A stretch of DNA of 64,000 bases, taken from assembly GCA_021613535.1 (NCBI GenBank), contig CP075496.1:11408001-11472000 (forward strand), read 5' to 3'. This DNA is from Adineta vaga. Taxonomy: Eukaryota > Animalia > Rotifera. The position numbers and the translations under genes were made by a program. This document shows positions 25,328 to 39,127 of this stretch, piece by piece; positions within the stretch are counted from its first letter, which is position 1; the number at the start of each line of letters is the position of its first letter. Below the pieces are notes generated by a model. That model did not search any database, had not been told where the DNA came from, and was given only the letters and a program-made list of their open reading frames with translations.

Positions 25328-28300
25328 GTTTAGAAGGAATAGAAGTGAATGACATATGATATCGTGATGTATTTATCAAATTTCAAAAGAATAGACAAAA
25401 GAAAAGATCGATGTAAACATCACGTAATGATTGTAGATTATCATTCGTTCGTTTTTTTTCTCCATACAGAAGAAGGTGGTCACTCTACAAGTCGAATCGA
25501 TGAGATAAACAAAAAACCTTGACAAAATGATATTGTTTTATTTTTACAAATGACATAAATGATTTATGTCATTTGGATAAATGACATACCAATTTGATCA
25601 TCTCAAGCAATGAATCGTTAATGTGGAAAATTCAATTAAAACAAAACCTATCGAAAGTCAGTCTAATTTTTTCAACTAATTCAACAAAGAATTCATCAGA
25701 AAACGAGACATCTTTTTAGTACAAACGAAAATGTTTATCAATGAAAACGATAATTAAATCTTTTTCGTCTCATCAATTCTTTGAAGGATTCACATGAAAA
25801 TTTCGAAAATTCTGAATGAACATATTGATTTATAGTACTTAATGACGTGGAAAAATTCAATCAAGAATAATACGACTTTTTCGATAGGATTTTCATCCAG
25901 GGCGAGAATTACATGTACTTGATAATTAGAAATAAAATCTTCAAGATACGAATAATTAGATTGGTTAATTTGCTTCTTTTTTTGTTCCACAAAAAAATAA
26001 ATTAGTTCAGGCGACATAAATCTTCACGATGATCATTTCGACATCAATGTGAATGTCTTCAAGTCACTCAATCTATTTAATCAATTTCATTTTCATTCAA
26101 TTTTTTATTAATCAAATTTATTGACAGATACTTTCTTTTCAAAATCTCATTCGTCGTCACGAAATTCTTGTATTTATTGACGAGATGGAAACACATGAAT
26201 CGAAAATTACTTTCTAATTTATTCTTAAAATACATGAAATATATATATACATATAAAATGTCATGAAAAATAAATGTAGAATGATCTATGTCAGGCTTTT
26301 TTACTACTACCAAGATGAGGAAAAAACAAAGTATAGACAAACTACTCGAGGGGAATCAAGAAAGATAAACTAAACGTTCATAGTAGGAAGAAAACAGCTG
26401 GTACTCGTCGCAATGAAAATACAATCTATTTGTTCACGGTTAGAATCTGTCTTTAGGTTGTCTTCTAATCTATTAAAAACTCAACAGAATTCTTTTTTTA
26501 TCTTTGTATTTATTACTACTAATATGAAATAGTTGTTGAAATGTAAACTTTGTTAATTAATTCAAACAATACATCTTCTTCACTCAAACTTATGTTGAAG
26601 TGTCGAGAGAAACAGCAATTGAAGAAACATCCAAATATTAGCATAAGATTGATTAGAATTCATTAAAATATGATATAAAGCACTTTCTTACAAATGCATT
26701 ATTCGAAAGTTCAAGTTGCACAAGTCAAAGAGGACATTTTTTGTCTGCCGGTATTACATCAGATCATTATTCGAGAGAAATAGAAATTCATCAAAAGAGA
26801 AAAAAAACAATGTCAAATTAATATAACAGGAAAACAAATCAAGCTGAATCACATTAACATCAAAACATATAGTCCAATTATCTTTACCATTGTCAGTAGA
26901 AAACAAAAAGGTATTCTATGCTTGACTAAATAAACGAAGCCAATTGCAATGACATTTACGAGAATCTATGATTGATTGTATGTAAATAATAAAACCAGGA
27001 AAAGGCGAGTAACTTTTTAAGTGAGCAAGAGAAGAGAAATGCATTATTTCTCGTTTTTCCTCGATAATACCTCTGATAAGTATGTTGAAAAACAATATTA
27101 AATGATGCGTTGGTATTCACTAGACATGTTTTCTGAAACAACTGAGCTTCGCTTGTCTTGTTTATTGAAATTTACTAAATCAATAACTGATATTCAAGAG
27201 CGTAACGACGATGTTTTTTATTACTATCAATCGAGGACATTGTCAATCGATCGATCGATCGATTTAGTTTTCTGTTACTGATGACATGTTTCTTATATTT
27301 ATGATTACATCCGCGTGAATACGCATTTGCTTGTTTTCTTCATTTGTATCGATAGTAGTAGTTGTATGTCATCAACAAACGAGAAGACTTGGACTAACTC
27401 GAGTCAATGGCAAACTTGACTGATATTTTTCATGTTATCGAAGAAAATAATTAAGTAAGTTGTTGGAAAAAGAAACATAAAAAAATGCTAATTATTTAAT
27501 AAGTACAGAAATATTACTAATCGTACTTCTTGTTATTACCCAGATTAACATATTAGCTGTAGAAAAAAAGATAAAACACATATAGTTAGATGAGCTTAAT
27601 TCGTTTGTTTCTCGTTTTTTTTCTTCTTCAAAGAATATAGGTAGCAGTTATAAGAAACAGACGGATGGTTTGGAAAGAAAGTTTTAAATACTTTAGTTTT
27701 TTTCTTTTCTATTTCTTCATTATTATTATTATTATTGCAAGTTCGTTGTAGTAACGATATAAATAAAACAACTAAATATACAACTGTGATTTGTTTTCAT
27801 TCAAGTACTTCTATGAAAGTTAATATAGGTACAAAGAAAATTGAAATTTTATACGAAGATAAGACATTTATGCGTCCATATCAATATGTTTATATTGAAA
27901 GTACTTCGATGAAATATGTCATCTAAGTGGATGTGGAAAGATTACCAAACGAGAAAGCAAGTAAGATGATAGAAGAGGAAAGTCACAGTGTTAAAGCACT
28001 TAGATAGTAAAGAGATTGTCGTGTGATAGATAGAGACAAGTTGTATCTCCATTATTAGTTTCTACGGCATCAATTTCCATTGGAATGAATTGATTGACTG
28101 CTATTTCCACAAACGGATCGACAGATCTTTTTTGGCTATAATTAGACATGCTATCATTGTTGTTGATGACGAAAACTATAGAAGAGCTCATTTAGAAACA
28201 ACTAAACAAGGTTTTTTCTTCTTCTTTCTTTTCTCTTATATAGTTTCTTTTCTTATTTCGAACTCTTCGTTGTTGAATAATATAGATCAATATATTTAAA

Positions 28301-28721
28301 AGAGAGATCTTCCAAATACTATCATTTTCTTGATATTAATAATCATCCTAGTCAACAATTTTCTCCTTATGACTATCATCAAACATGTTTTTTTCTTGTT
28401 ATGTATAGATATGTATTCCCATTGTTATGGGGCAAAAGAAAATCAGAATTTCTCTTTTTCTATATTCCGATTAAGATCATGTTCATTATTCATATATTTC
28501 AAATGATCGATCATTGTTGTATTTCGTTTATTCTCATGTTTTCTTTCTTTTCTTATGTTACCTGTATACACTTAGTCTATCATATTGAACAATAGACGTA
28601 ACGATGAAAACTTCCTTGCTCATGCTAAGCAAATTCATAGACATCCGGTTTTCACTACCACGCAAGCAAACGCCTTTACCCAAAAGCTAATTTTGTACTC
28701 GTCTAAGAGAATAAAGATTGT

Positions 28722-28772
28722 GAAGAAGAAGCAGAAGAGGAAGAAGAAGAAGAAGAAGACGGAGAAGAAGAA
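28722..28772. repeat. Imperfect (GAA)n microsatellite
   Basis: gaagaagaagcagaagaggaagaagaagaagaagaagacggagaagaagaa seen directly. Confidence 0.85.
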
Positions 28773-31700
28773 AGAGTTCTTACTCAAAATCTTAACTACT
28801 AATATCCCTGACAGAACAACAAAAGAAAAAGTGAATGAGTGAGAAAGACAGAACCAGAATTGTTCTCTTATTTCCTTTACTTCGTTTTCTTTTTGCTTTC
28901 TTGTCTATATGTTTGTATCTGTAGTCTACTTCGTTAATAGTTGAAATATGTTCTTCTGCTCATAGTGTGCGTGGTATCCGAGACGATCGATAATATGCAA
29001 ACGATCGAGAAAGAATTGCTGCTGCTGCTGCTGTTGTTGTCGGCATCTTTATGAATTCACTCTTTCTCTCTAGTTCGCTTCTGTACTTGTGCTCTTAGTC
29101 GGAAAAACTTCTGTCAGAATGTCTCCTATTCTAGTGTGTTTGCACAAATCGTATTATAATCTCATTGTCACTGTTTGTCGCCCGAACTAAAGCTATTGAA
29201 ACGAATACATTCTTCCTGTTTAACTCAGGGGAATGTTAATAACTTATTAAGGGTGTTAAACCTTTCCTGATACTTTCAAAGCTATTCTTATTCTCCTTTT
29301 CTTTTCTTTTTTTCAAAACAAATACGTCTATCACATTCGAGGATCAATTTAACCAAGTATAGACCCACTTTTTATTTTGTCATTAATTAATCTAGATAAA
29401 AATCTTTGAAGAGAAAAGAAATTAACAAACAATTTCATACGAAATACTTTCTCAATTTATTATAAAATCTGTTAGATATAATTAAAAAAAAAGAAATGAA
29501 GATTCGGGCAATAGCAATTCGTATGCGATTGACAGCACTTTTGTTATATGGGCGTACCGTTTATTGCGTGCTATGATTGTTTGAATTGTTCTTTTTTTTA
29601 AAAACTCTCACGCACATTTGTTTCATACAAAACGAGTAAGTAAATGAATAAGTAAAAAAAACTTAAAATCAGCAATATGTTTTCCTTTCTTCTGTTTTTT
29701 CTGTAGAGAGAAAGAAAAGGAAGAAATAGTTTCAGTATTACTCTAACTATTATTCTTTCATCTATTCATCAATGCATGCACATGACTATTTGGATGTCTC
29801 TTGAGTTGTATTAATGTAGTCCACTATAGTTTTAGTAAACAGACATATGCTCGTGTAATAGAAGTTAATAAAAACAACGATTTGTTTTTGTTTTATCAAA
29901 TTTGTCACGCCTTTTTTCCTTTCTCGCTCTCTCTCTCGCTCTCTTTCTCTCTTCCTGGTAGTGCATCGAATGTCGTTTCGAATATATATGTCAGAATCTT
30001 ATATAAATATGATGGACGTTAAATCAATCTGGTTCTCATCAAATGATGATGATGATGATGATTATCGTATTGCAAAGGCAAGTAAGATATTTGCGTTAAT
30101 ACCGAATGATTATCTCTCATTCAGCTGACGATAATAAGATATAGATGATCAGTACGATTTTTCTTCTGTTCTTTCCTGTGCAGAAAATCCAAATGTTGAG
30201 GTTTTCAAGATAAGGCCACCTGGATCCTGGAAATACTCAAAATGAGAATAGAGGACGAAATCTTATTTCTATAATTTTTTCTTCTTCTACTTTTTTCTCT
30301 TCTTATCGATGTATACACTTCTTCGATCTATTTGTAGGTTTCTTAAGACTCATCTCTTGAGATTAGAATCCCTGTTATTGACGAGATCGATGAAAAGGTC
30401 TTCTTGTTTATTTATTTATTTGCTCGTACGACTGGCTATTAGGATTTGTCTTATCGAATCAAAATGAGATGTTTCTCTAGTCATGTGTTTCTTCTTTAGA
30501 ATAGTCAAACAACGATAGGAAAGTAAATAGTTCGACAGATCAAACAAACAGATACGTTTACATTTGTCTACAATCGGCAATTGATAGAAGAACTATGGTG
30601 ATATATATTTGAATAAAAAAAAACCAAATCGAGTTAGATGATTGCCGCTGGATTTTTTCATGATTATCTGATTATCTTGTATAGTTAGTATATTAACGAG
30701 AAAGAAGATCCTTGTACATATACAAATATATTTCTAATATGTTTATATTAAGAAAATATGACAAACGTCGTCATCGATGTTTCGACATTCTTTTTGTCTT
30801 TATCATCAAGTTAGATATCGAATTAGGAAAATAAATAAATCTTCTCGTTTGATTATAATGTTTCCTGGTAACTTCCTGCTGCTCACACGCATCGTGTCAT
30901 ATATCAGTCACACATAAATACCTTATTCTTCTCTTTTTGCTTTTTTACAATATATAAAACGCGTCAATCATGATTTTCGCAAGAAAACGTGTGGATAGAT
31001 CGGAAAAGATCATTATTCGTCGTTTAAACGACAGGAATATCGGATCAAACAGTGATCACAGTTGGTGGATAATTTATCCATTCATCATCATCATTTACTT
31101 GCCGTAGTTTTTTTTATTCATTGTTTTTTGTCGTCTTGTTCTCTCATGATCTCATTGCGTGTATAACTTCAATTTGAAGAGAAGTTTTTCTACAAAATAA
31201 CTAGAAGAAATCGAAAAATGATTTGGAGAAGACAGAGTTCAATTTGTATAATATATTAACCGTAAATAATCAGTCAGTTAAGATAGATTTCCTTGTTTTT
31301 CCTTTCTCTAAGTACATTGATAAATGACAAAATCAATCGTTAGCAATAATGACTTCATTTATTTTCATTAAACGTATACAAATATTCTTTTAGTTGAAAG
31401 AGAAAAAAAGACATACTGCATTTTTAATGTTTGTTTTAATGTGTATGACAAGAAAAGGAATAACAAAGTAAAATCAAACTCTCTACAGAAGAAAAAGAAG
31501 AAGAAGAAAACGTTTTTCTTTTCTTTTAATTAGATCAAGATACTTCTTTTATATTTTCTAACATAGGTTTTCCTTTCTTCTTTTATTTTATATTTTTTTC
31601 TGATTGAATCAGTATCAATGCTGATTAGACTGCTTCGAACAAATTTTCTATATATATATAATGAAAAAAAACTGATTTGGTTATGGTTAAAATAAGCACA

Positions 31701-31865
31701 GAAGCATCAACAGCAGTCAAACGGAACGGTAATAATTATTGAAGATTAGACGATCTCTTTTTTGCCTTTGCAATATTATTTCTCTTTTATTTTCTCCTCG
31801 GTTTTCTTTCTTCTCTTTCATCTTCTCATACTTCTCTCTCTCTCTCTTTTATTGGTAAAGTCTAC

Positions 31866-31892
31866 TCTTCTTCTTCTTCTTCTTCTTCTTCT
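31866..31892. repeat. (CTT)n microsatellite in a pyrimidine-rich tract upstream of the GPCR
   Basis: Run of ctt units preceded by a (ct)n run. Confidence 0.85.
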
Positions 31893-32189
31893 TTCTTTCC
31901 TTCTTTCTCTTCAACGTCGATACAACGGCGTTTGTTCCTCGCGCATGATCGTCTCAAAATGAGATATGCTACATCATGGCAAAAAAATCAATCAGGAGAT
32001 GACGCTTTCGGCAAGCCACTTAAAATTTCGACTACAATTACAAAGAATTTTCAAAAAATTAAATTTATTTTACCTTATCAATACCCAACAACTAAATACA
32101 TTATTTTTATTACTATTCTTATTAGCATTTACCAATCATATTACATTTATTTCCACTTCTTTCGACTTAATTTCTTTTCAATTTTCATC

Positions 32190-34762
32190 ATGCAACAACT
32201 ATCGAATGATACGAGTTCATGGACTTTAATTGATTCACCACTTCCAGCACCTTTATTTTACAATTCAAGTACATATGATACTTTACCGAATGGTGCTGCT
32301 ATTATTGCTGATTTAAATCATCCTAATCTCCAAATATCTCTTTCAACACTCGTACCTTCATCACCGGTTGTTGAAGCAAATGTAGCGAATTATTGGGCAT
32401 TCGCATTGACCATTTTCCCTATATTAACTATCTTTGGCAATGTACTTGTTGTTGTTAGTGTTTATCGTGAAAAATCTTTACATACAGTGACAAATTATTT
32501 TGTTGTTTCACTTGCCATATCGGATATAACTGTTGCAGCTGTTGTTATGCCATTTGCTATTTATCTTGAAGTAAGTTGTTCAAAAACTAAAACAAAAACT
32601 ATTCAGTTCGTATCTAACAATCGTCCTATATTTGACATCTGTTGATTGTTTAGAATAAAACTGAATGCGAAAGAAAAATAATCATTTATTTAAAAGTTCT
32701 TTTCAACCTCTATTTAATATTGATATAGAAAAAAAGATTAACAGTAGTTCATTTGGAAAAGAGTTAATTTTCTAATGAGATGGGAAGGAGGAGATGAATA
32801 AAAACTTATTCGTAATGACATCATGTGAGAGACACCTTTTCTTTGTCAAGAATATAATCGGATGAAAATTTCAATGTAAAATATTGTTGTGTATGAAGAA
32901 GAAAAGGAAATATCGATCGTCATTGAACTTAAGTTTTTCTTTATTGACTTCCGAGAGTTGAAGAAAGCGCTTTTCTTTCTTTTATCTAATGCCATTTGTA
33001 TTTCATTAGAAAAGCAAAGGTACATTCTATTTTAGTTCAATCGAGTTTGGCAATTACCTGAACGTTTATGTGATTTTTGGGTTGCTTCAGATTGTATGGC
33101 ATGTACAGCATCAATATTAAATCTTGTAATAAAATAGTTTTTCAAATAAGAAATTTCATTTTTGTGTCTTTCTAGGTTGCAATTGCAGTTGATCGGTAAA
33201 AAAAACATTTCAAATTTCAAATCATGTTTTCCTTTTTTCTTATACTAGTTATATTGCCGTTACAAAACCACTTAAATATGCTCGACACAAAAATCCAAAA
33301 CGCGTCGCCATTATGATTGTAATCGTATGGCTTGTTTCATTTTTTATTGCATTACCTATTGTTAGGTAAGCTGAAACAATAACCAAGAATTAGAGCAGAA
33401 AAATGAATGAGATTATTTTGAATGTTTTTCTAGTGGTGTAAATAAATCAGATATTGCTGCTTATCCACGTGTTCCTGATCAATGTGCATTTTTTAATAAT
33501 AAATTTCTGATCTTTTCATCTCTTGGCTCGTTTTTTATTCCATGTATCATCATTTTTGCTATTTATTATCGAATCTTTATGGTGATCATGGCACGAGCAA
33601 GAAAAAATCGTAAACAATGGAGACCGAAAGCAGCCATTGAATCAGCTGCTGCTCAGCATCGATCGAATGTCAATAATTTAGTAACATCATTTTTACATGA
33701 TCGACATGATTCGGATCATCCACCTGTTCTTAGTGATAGTATTGATGCAAAACTATTCGAACAAGCTTCGAAACCTCCGACATTAATAAATGAACCTTTA
33801 CCATTATCAAATACTAATGGACCAAATCCATTAGCATTGAGTTTATCAACACCAGCTTTAGCACCATCATTACGTGCATCAATAAATGTCACATCATCAT
33901 CCGGTGACCCAATGGATGATGATGAACGTGATGATGTTGCATTATTTGTTCATGATGAACAAAAACGTCATGCAGAAAAGACTATTCTTGACAATCAGAT
34001 CGAAGTTTTATCCACGACACTTCCGAAGTCGAATAAAAAGTTTAGTAATCCAATTGGTTTCAAAATGACACCTATGTGCAAATCGGAAAAAGAAAATCAT
34101 CATACATCTCCAGAAAAGAAGAATAGCTTTAAGACACGATTAAAAACAGAGACAAATTCTCATGGTTTATCAACAACAGCTACTAAAACTCAACCAAATA
34201 ATACAAAAAATGCGAAACGAAAAGTCTACTCTCGTATGAAAAAAGAACGAAAAGCAACGCAAACTTTAATAATTGTATTAAGTAAGTTCTTAAGCCGACT
34301 TTGTTTTCTCTTCTTACTTTTTCATCCAAATCTATCAGTTCGAAATATGAAGTCACCTAGAAAGACAATTAAATTATTTCTAAATTAATACATCTGTCTC
34401 GATGACTTGACTTCTAATTGAATAATTTGAACCTCGAAGATGGTAAACGAGAAGTTAATATTTTGATTAATTTTTCTATTAAAAATTCATCACTTGATCT
34501 CATTCTTTTAGTTTGCTTTCTGGTTTGTTGGTTACCATTCTTTGTGCTCAACAATTTAGTTAATGCTATTTTCAAACTATCAAAAAAATCCGACACCTTA
34601 CTCATCAATGATTTCACTTTGTTACTTTGTGTTTGGCTAGGATATATCAATTCATTTTTAAACCCAATTATTTACACGATATTTAATATGGAATTTCGAA
34701 AAGCATTTGCTAAAATTCTTTTTTCACCATGTCGACCACCTAATCATTCATCTTCATCATAG
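32190..34762 (+). CDS. D2-like dopamine receptor (class A aminergic GPCR); possible upstream start 31959
   Basis: NYW..GNVLVVVSVYREKSLHTVTNYFVVSLAISD, TM3 Asp in CDFWVASDCMACTASILNL, DRY, TM5 FSSLGSFFIP (catechol-binding serines), long third loop ending KKERKATQTL, CWLPFF, WLGYINSFLNPIIY and a short tail. Confidence 0.88.
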
Positions 34763-35377
34763 AAAAACCGGTGTTTTTTTCTCTTTCTCTTTTCTTCTTC
34801 TTCTATACTCCTCTATCTTGTTTATATATTTGTTTCACATTGCACCGCAAATATTTGTGATGTGTGTATGTACTTTGTTGCTCCTATCTCCTTATTAACC
34901 ATAATTTTTTTATTTTTCAAAGAGATAATATAAGTAAGAATGAATATTTTACATCCTAGTCACAAAATTAGATAAGCAATAACCAGAATATATCGAAGTC
35001 AATGGGGATACACTGTTGTTCTTAGAAGTAGATTGGCGTTGATTATCTTCCTTATGTTACTCTATCCATTTTATAAGTCAAAAAAGTCTTCAGCTTACAC
35101 TCTCGAGAGATATATTATAAATACTTTCAGTCAAAAACTAGTCACTAAAGAACAAAATAATGATTAGCTTCCAACCTATGTCAATGTAATATAATATGCT
35201 AGTGCGCAACCGTTTAACCTCCGAGGATTGTTAGAGAAAATCAAAGTTGTAATATTATTTTCAAGGAAATTTTTTTATTAAAACATTCAACAAAATATTA
35301 ACGTTAACCAGCATACGCGAAGAAAAAGGATCAATGTTCATCGTACAATTGTCTTTCGAAGTTGTTTTATACTACAT

Positions 35378-36631
35378 TTACGAAAGATGTTGCTCTTGAA
35401 GTAAAGAAAGAGAAGTCGATGATGGAGATGATAATGATAAGTTCATTGCTGAAGATGAACTAAAGAACAAAACATATATGTATAGATTATTTGATGAAAA
35501 GATTTTTCGTTTTACTTACGAATGATGCCATGTCGTGGGACTTGGATAAGTACTATTGTTTCCATTCCACATAGGACTGGATGTATTACTACAAAGGAAG
35601 AGAAACATCTCAGTTTCCATTATCATTCTTCTAATACAAAAGAATCTTACTCATAGTAAGATGGAGTGTGAGAATTCATCGAATAGGGAGCATTAACTCG
35701 AGTGTCAACAACTGGTGATGGCCAAAAATAAGGAGGATAATATGATGAAGACGGATCATAGGATGGTGATGGTGCGACGGATGACATTTGAACTGAATGC
35801 TAAAAAAATGAAACAGAAAATATATATATTAACATATTTTTCATTCGGAAAGCGTACCACTGGTTTCTTTTGAACGTCATTTGTTGTTGTTGATGATGCT
35901 GTTTTTGGTTTTTGTTGTCTCTTGAAACGTGATCGTCGGTTTTGAAACCAAATCTATCAAGCAATTAGAAATACAATCAGTTGTAAATATCGTTATCATT
36001 AGTAAGACATACAGAGATTTTTTCATGACGAACATCGAGTAATTCTGATAAAGCATCCACAGTTGTTACTTCTGGATAATGATTTTGTTGAAAAGCTTCT
36101 TCTAATATTTGTAACTTAAAGAATTGAAATTTTAATATTGATAGTTCATGAAAATATCGTTTACTTACTTGTTGAAGTGTATATTGAATTCGTGTACGTT
36201 TTACATATGGTAAGCGTTGTTTATTTTCTTCCAAGGATTTTTCCATACTTCTTACCTCGATATCTAAAATAAATATTTCAAAGAATACGTTTTTGATTTA
36301 ATGAGTAAATACCATTCTCATCATGGTCTTGTCGCATAGGAATGGGTGGTGGTGATGGAATATGTGAAGGTGTTGGCGGTGTTGGTGTTCGAGAGAGGTA
36401 ACCAGAATCAGCAAATCGACTATTATTATACATGTCGAATGATGGATGTGGTGGTGTATTTACTAATAATAATAACAATCGAACAACAAATTGAATTCAT
36501 TTGTAATTCTTTCTTTTTTTCAACATACCTGAAATATTTGCATTGAATGAAACACTAACATTTGGTTGATAACCATGAGGATCATAATACCAATATGGAT
36601 TTACAGAGGGTGGACCGGAATAAGCAGCCAT
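35378..36631 (-). CDS. Divergent PRD-class (Q50) homeodomain transcription factor
   Basis: Spliced homeodomain VKRTRIQYTLQQ|LQILEEAFQQNHYPEVTTVDALSELLDVRHEKIS|IWFQNRRSRFKRQQ, with an intron between codons 46 and 47 and P/S/Y-rich flanks. TAA at 35378-35380. Confidence 0.88.
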
Positions 36632-36701
36632 ATCTTCGTTTTTCTACAAATGAAAAGATAGTTGAAGAAGAAAATGAACGTGAAAATCGATCTAATTGAT
36701 C

Positions 36702-36708
36702 TTATATA
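36702..36708 (-). promoter_or_regulatory. Candidate TATA box of the homeobox gene
   Basis: TATATAA on the minus strand about 70 nt upstream of the ATG at 36631. Confidence 0.35.
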
Positions 36709-38525
36709 TCTGTAGGTGAATTTTTTTTCTTATTTCTCATATTCAAATTCAACCAACAAGAATATTTCTCTCTTTCAATTAAGAAAATATACAGCCAATA
36801 GTTATTGATTTAGTTCCGTCAATTTTGAACATCATCAACAGCTTGAAAGAAGAAAAGGAGAAAGAAGAGACATCATTAAGAATGACGAAATTATCTGCTG
36901 GTGCACAAGCTGGAACGAATCGAATATTTGAATTTTTTTTGAAAATAGACAAAAAACGTGTTACAAACATAATTATTGAAAAAGTTCGTTGGATCGAAGT
37001 ATCAAATTTAAAATAAGACTTTTAAACAAATAGAAAAATGTCTTGAAAGATCTAATTTTTTTTTTTTCGTTAATACGTCCTTAATTATCATTAATCATCA
37101 TTAGTTTGAGAGATAATCCACTTTTGATTTCTTATAATGATGATAATCATTATGAATAGAAAATTGACTCTCTTTTTTCTGACAAAGAAAATGTTATAGA
37201 TCTATGCTGAATATATGGTTTTTAGTATTAGATTTCACAAGTTTGTTTTAGCGGCAGATTCAAAGTGGAAGACTATGGAAAGTCGAATTGACACATTGAA
37301 CTGTATTACACTTCATTAGAGAGAAGACGAACAATCATTGTAATTGTTCATTAATTGAAAAGTTATCTATCTTTCATTGACAAGCTGTGTAAAGGAGAAA
37401 TTTCCTTTCTCTAGTTTTTTTCCTCAATAAGTTCAAATAGGAATGCAATCTGGTGTATATTATTTCGTAGTCATTTGTTCCTCTTTCTAATGAGTGTGAA
37501 TCGTCGTTTGATGCTATGCATACAATGTCTATGATTGAAATACTCATTGTATAATATCGATGACTTTCTCAGCTTTATCAATGTATAGATACAAAGAAAA
37601 GAAAGATCATGATCGTGATGTCACTTTGTTGAAAACAGTGAAATGTTTAGAGAATAATGCACCGCTCTAATTGTCTTTTATCAGTTTAAACAATTGTAAA
37701 TAAGGAAAAAAAAGAAACAACAGAAGTCTATGTTATTATTTAGCAAAATATTGAGAAAGTGTAGGAAATTGTCTGAATGAATACAAGTTTTCTTTTTAAT
37801 TTTATTGAAATTAAGGAGTTGTTATATCTTCATTTTCTATATGGCAGAGAGATATGAGAGAAAAGCTGATAGATTATCGAATAGCGAACATTAAGCTTGA
37901 AAATTGATGAAGTATATAAGGGAGTGTAAGAGATTTCCGACTGGTACGCCTTGTTACCACAGACATTTTGTTAGCATAGTCATTGATTAATATTGTCAGT
38001 TGCGTTTGATTGCATAGTATATTTACTTCATATAGTATTTGTAAAAAAAGAACTTCCTTTTCAAAGAATGATAGGTATAAGTTCTAGTACAGAAAATCAA
38101 TCAAGTAACATGAGCCAGTTAGTAGATTATTCTCAGAAGCTGGAAATCGACAAAATATCGAGGACAAATCTAATACTTTTTCTCTAGATATTACTACGTA
38201 CTTTTCTCTGTCTTTGACTTTGGTTTGTCGATAGAGATCGCACATATCCAGTCACCATAGTAAGTAAAAAAGTTAACCCTTGTTTCTATTTCTCATTCAT
38301 GGCCGTTGTTGAATCGACATTCGACAATTCTCTACGTATTACAATCGTTAAAAAATGGGAAGAGAACAGAACGAGAATATTATCATCTGTGTTTGTATAA
38401 ACTGTATTTTGAATTGAAAAGCAGTTATCATGAAATGAATACTCTATTCGTATTTGTTCATATAAGATTTATCATTAAGTTCAAAGTAACAAACAATCAT
38501 CTCTTTTCATCGTTATAGATTTACA

Positions 38526-39127
38526 ATGTCCTCGACGAATGAAACAAACATTCGAACAAATGGAGATGGTCAAAGGTTGGTTATTGTTTACGTGAAATTT
38601 TCTTTGTAAATTCGCAATATTTTTCTCCTATAGTGAACCTCAACATCACATTCCATCATTGGTTTCTGTTACTCCCAATGCACGAGAAATATGGGAAGAT
38701 GTAAATATATATATATCTATATACAAAGTTTTCGTTTAATTCAAGTTTATTTCTTTCTAGTATCGTAATGCTATAGAAGCTAAAGCACAAAAATGTAAGA
38801 TTTCATACAGAAATATATATTGAATTATTTATATGCTTTTTAATACGACGCAGATTTTCCAATGCCAGCGACCTTTCAGATGGTGCCATTAAAAATGTCT
38901 ATCCTAGATGTTGAAGGAACAAAAACTTATTTTTTCAAAGTAAATTTTTTATTCTTTTTTTATATGATTATTTGATACTATTTTCATTCAAGGCTCGAGT
39001 ACCAAATAACAAATTTGTCAATGTTCGTGTTAGACTGTCGGGTAAAGCTGAATCTCGCGATAATCAAGTGTCTGTTGAATCACGTGCTAGTGGTGGTCTC
39101 GATGAAGAAATCACGAAAATCTTTTAG
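38526..39127 (+). CDS. Divergent stefin/type-1 cystatin-like protein (123 aa, 5 exons; not in the ORF track)
   Basis: Exons 38526-38575, 38634-38700, 38761-38794, 38854-38939 and 38993-39127 join in frame (372 nt). VTPNAREIWEDYRNAIEAKAQK..VPLKMSILDVEGTKTYFFKARVPNNKFVNVRV..DEEITKIF aligns by eye to stefin A (ATPEIQEIVDKVKPQLEEK..QVVAGTNYYIKVRAGDNKYMHLKV..DDELTGF). Confidence 0.7.

Noticed and set aside
25790-31962. Short ORFs of 61-87 aa in the intergenic tract
   Set aside because: Low-complexity or microsatellite-derived translations, many with non-ATG starts, and no consistent splice structure or motifs.
36825-37016. 63-aa ORF upstream of the homeobox gene
   Set aside because: TTG start, no recognisable motif and no convincing flanking splice sites.
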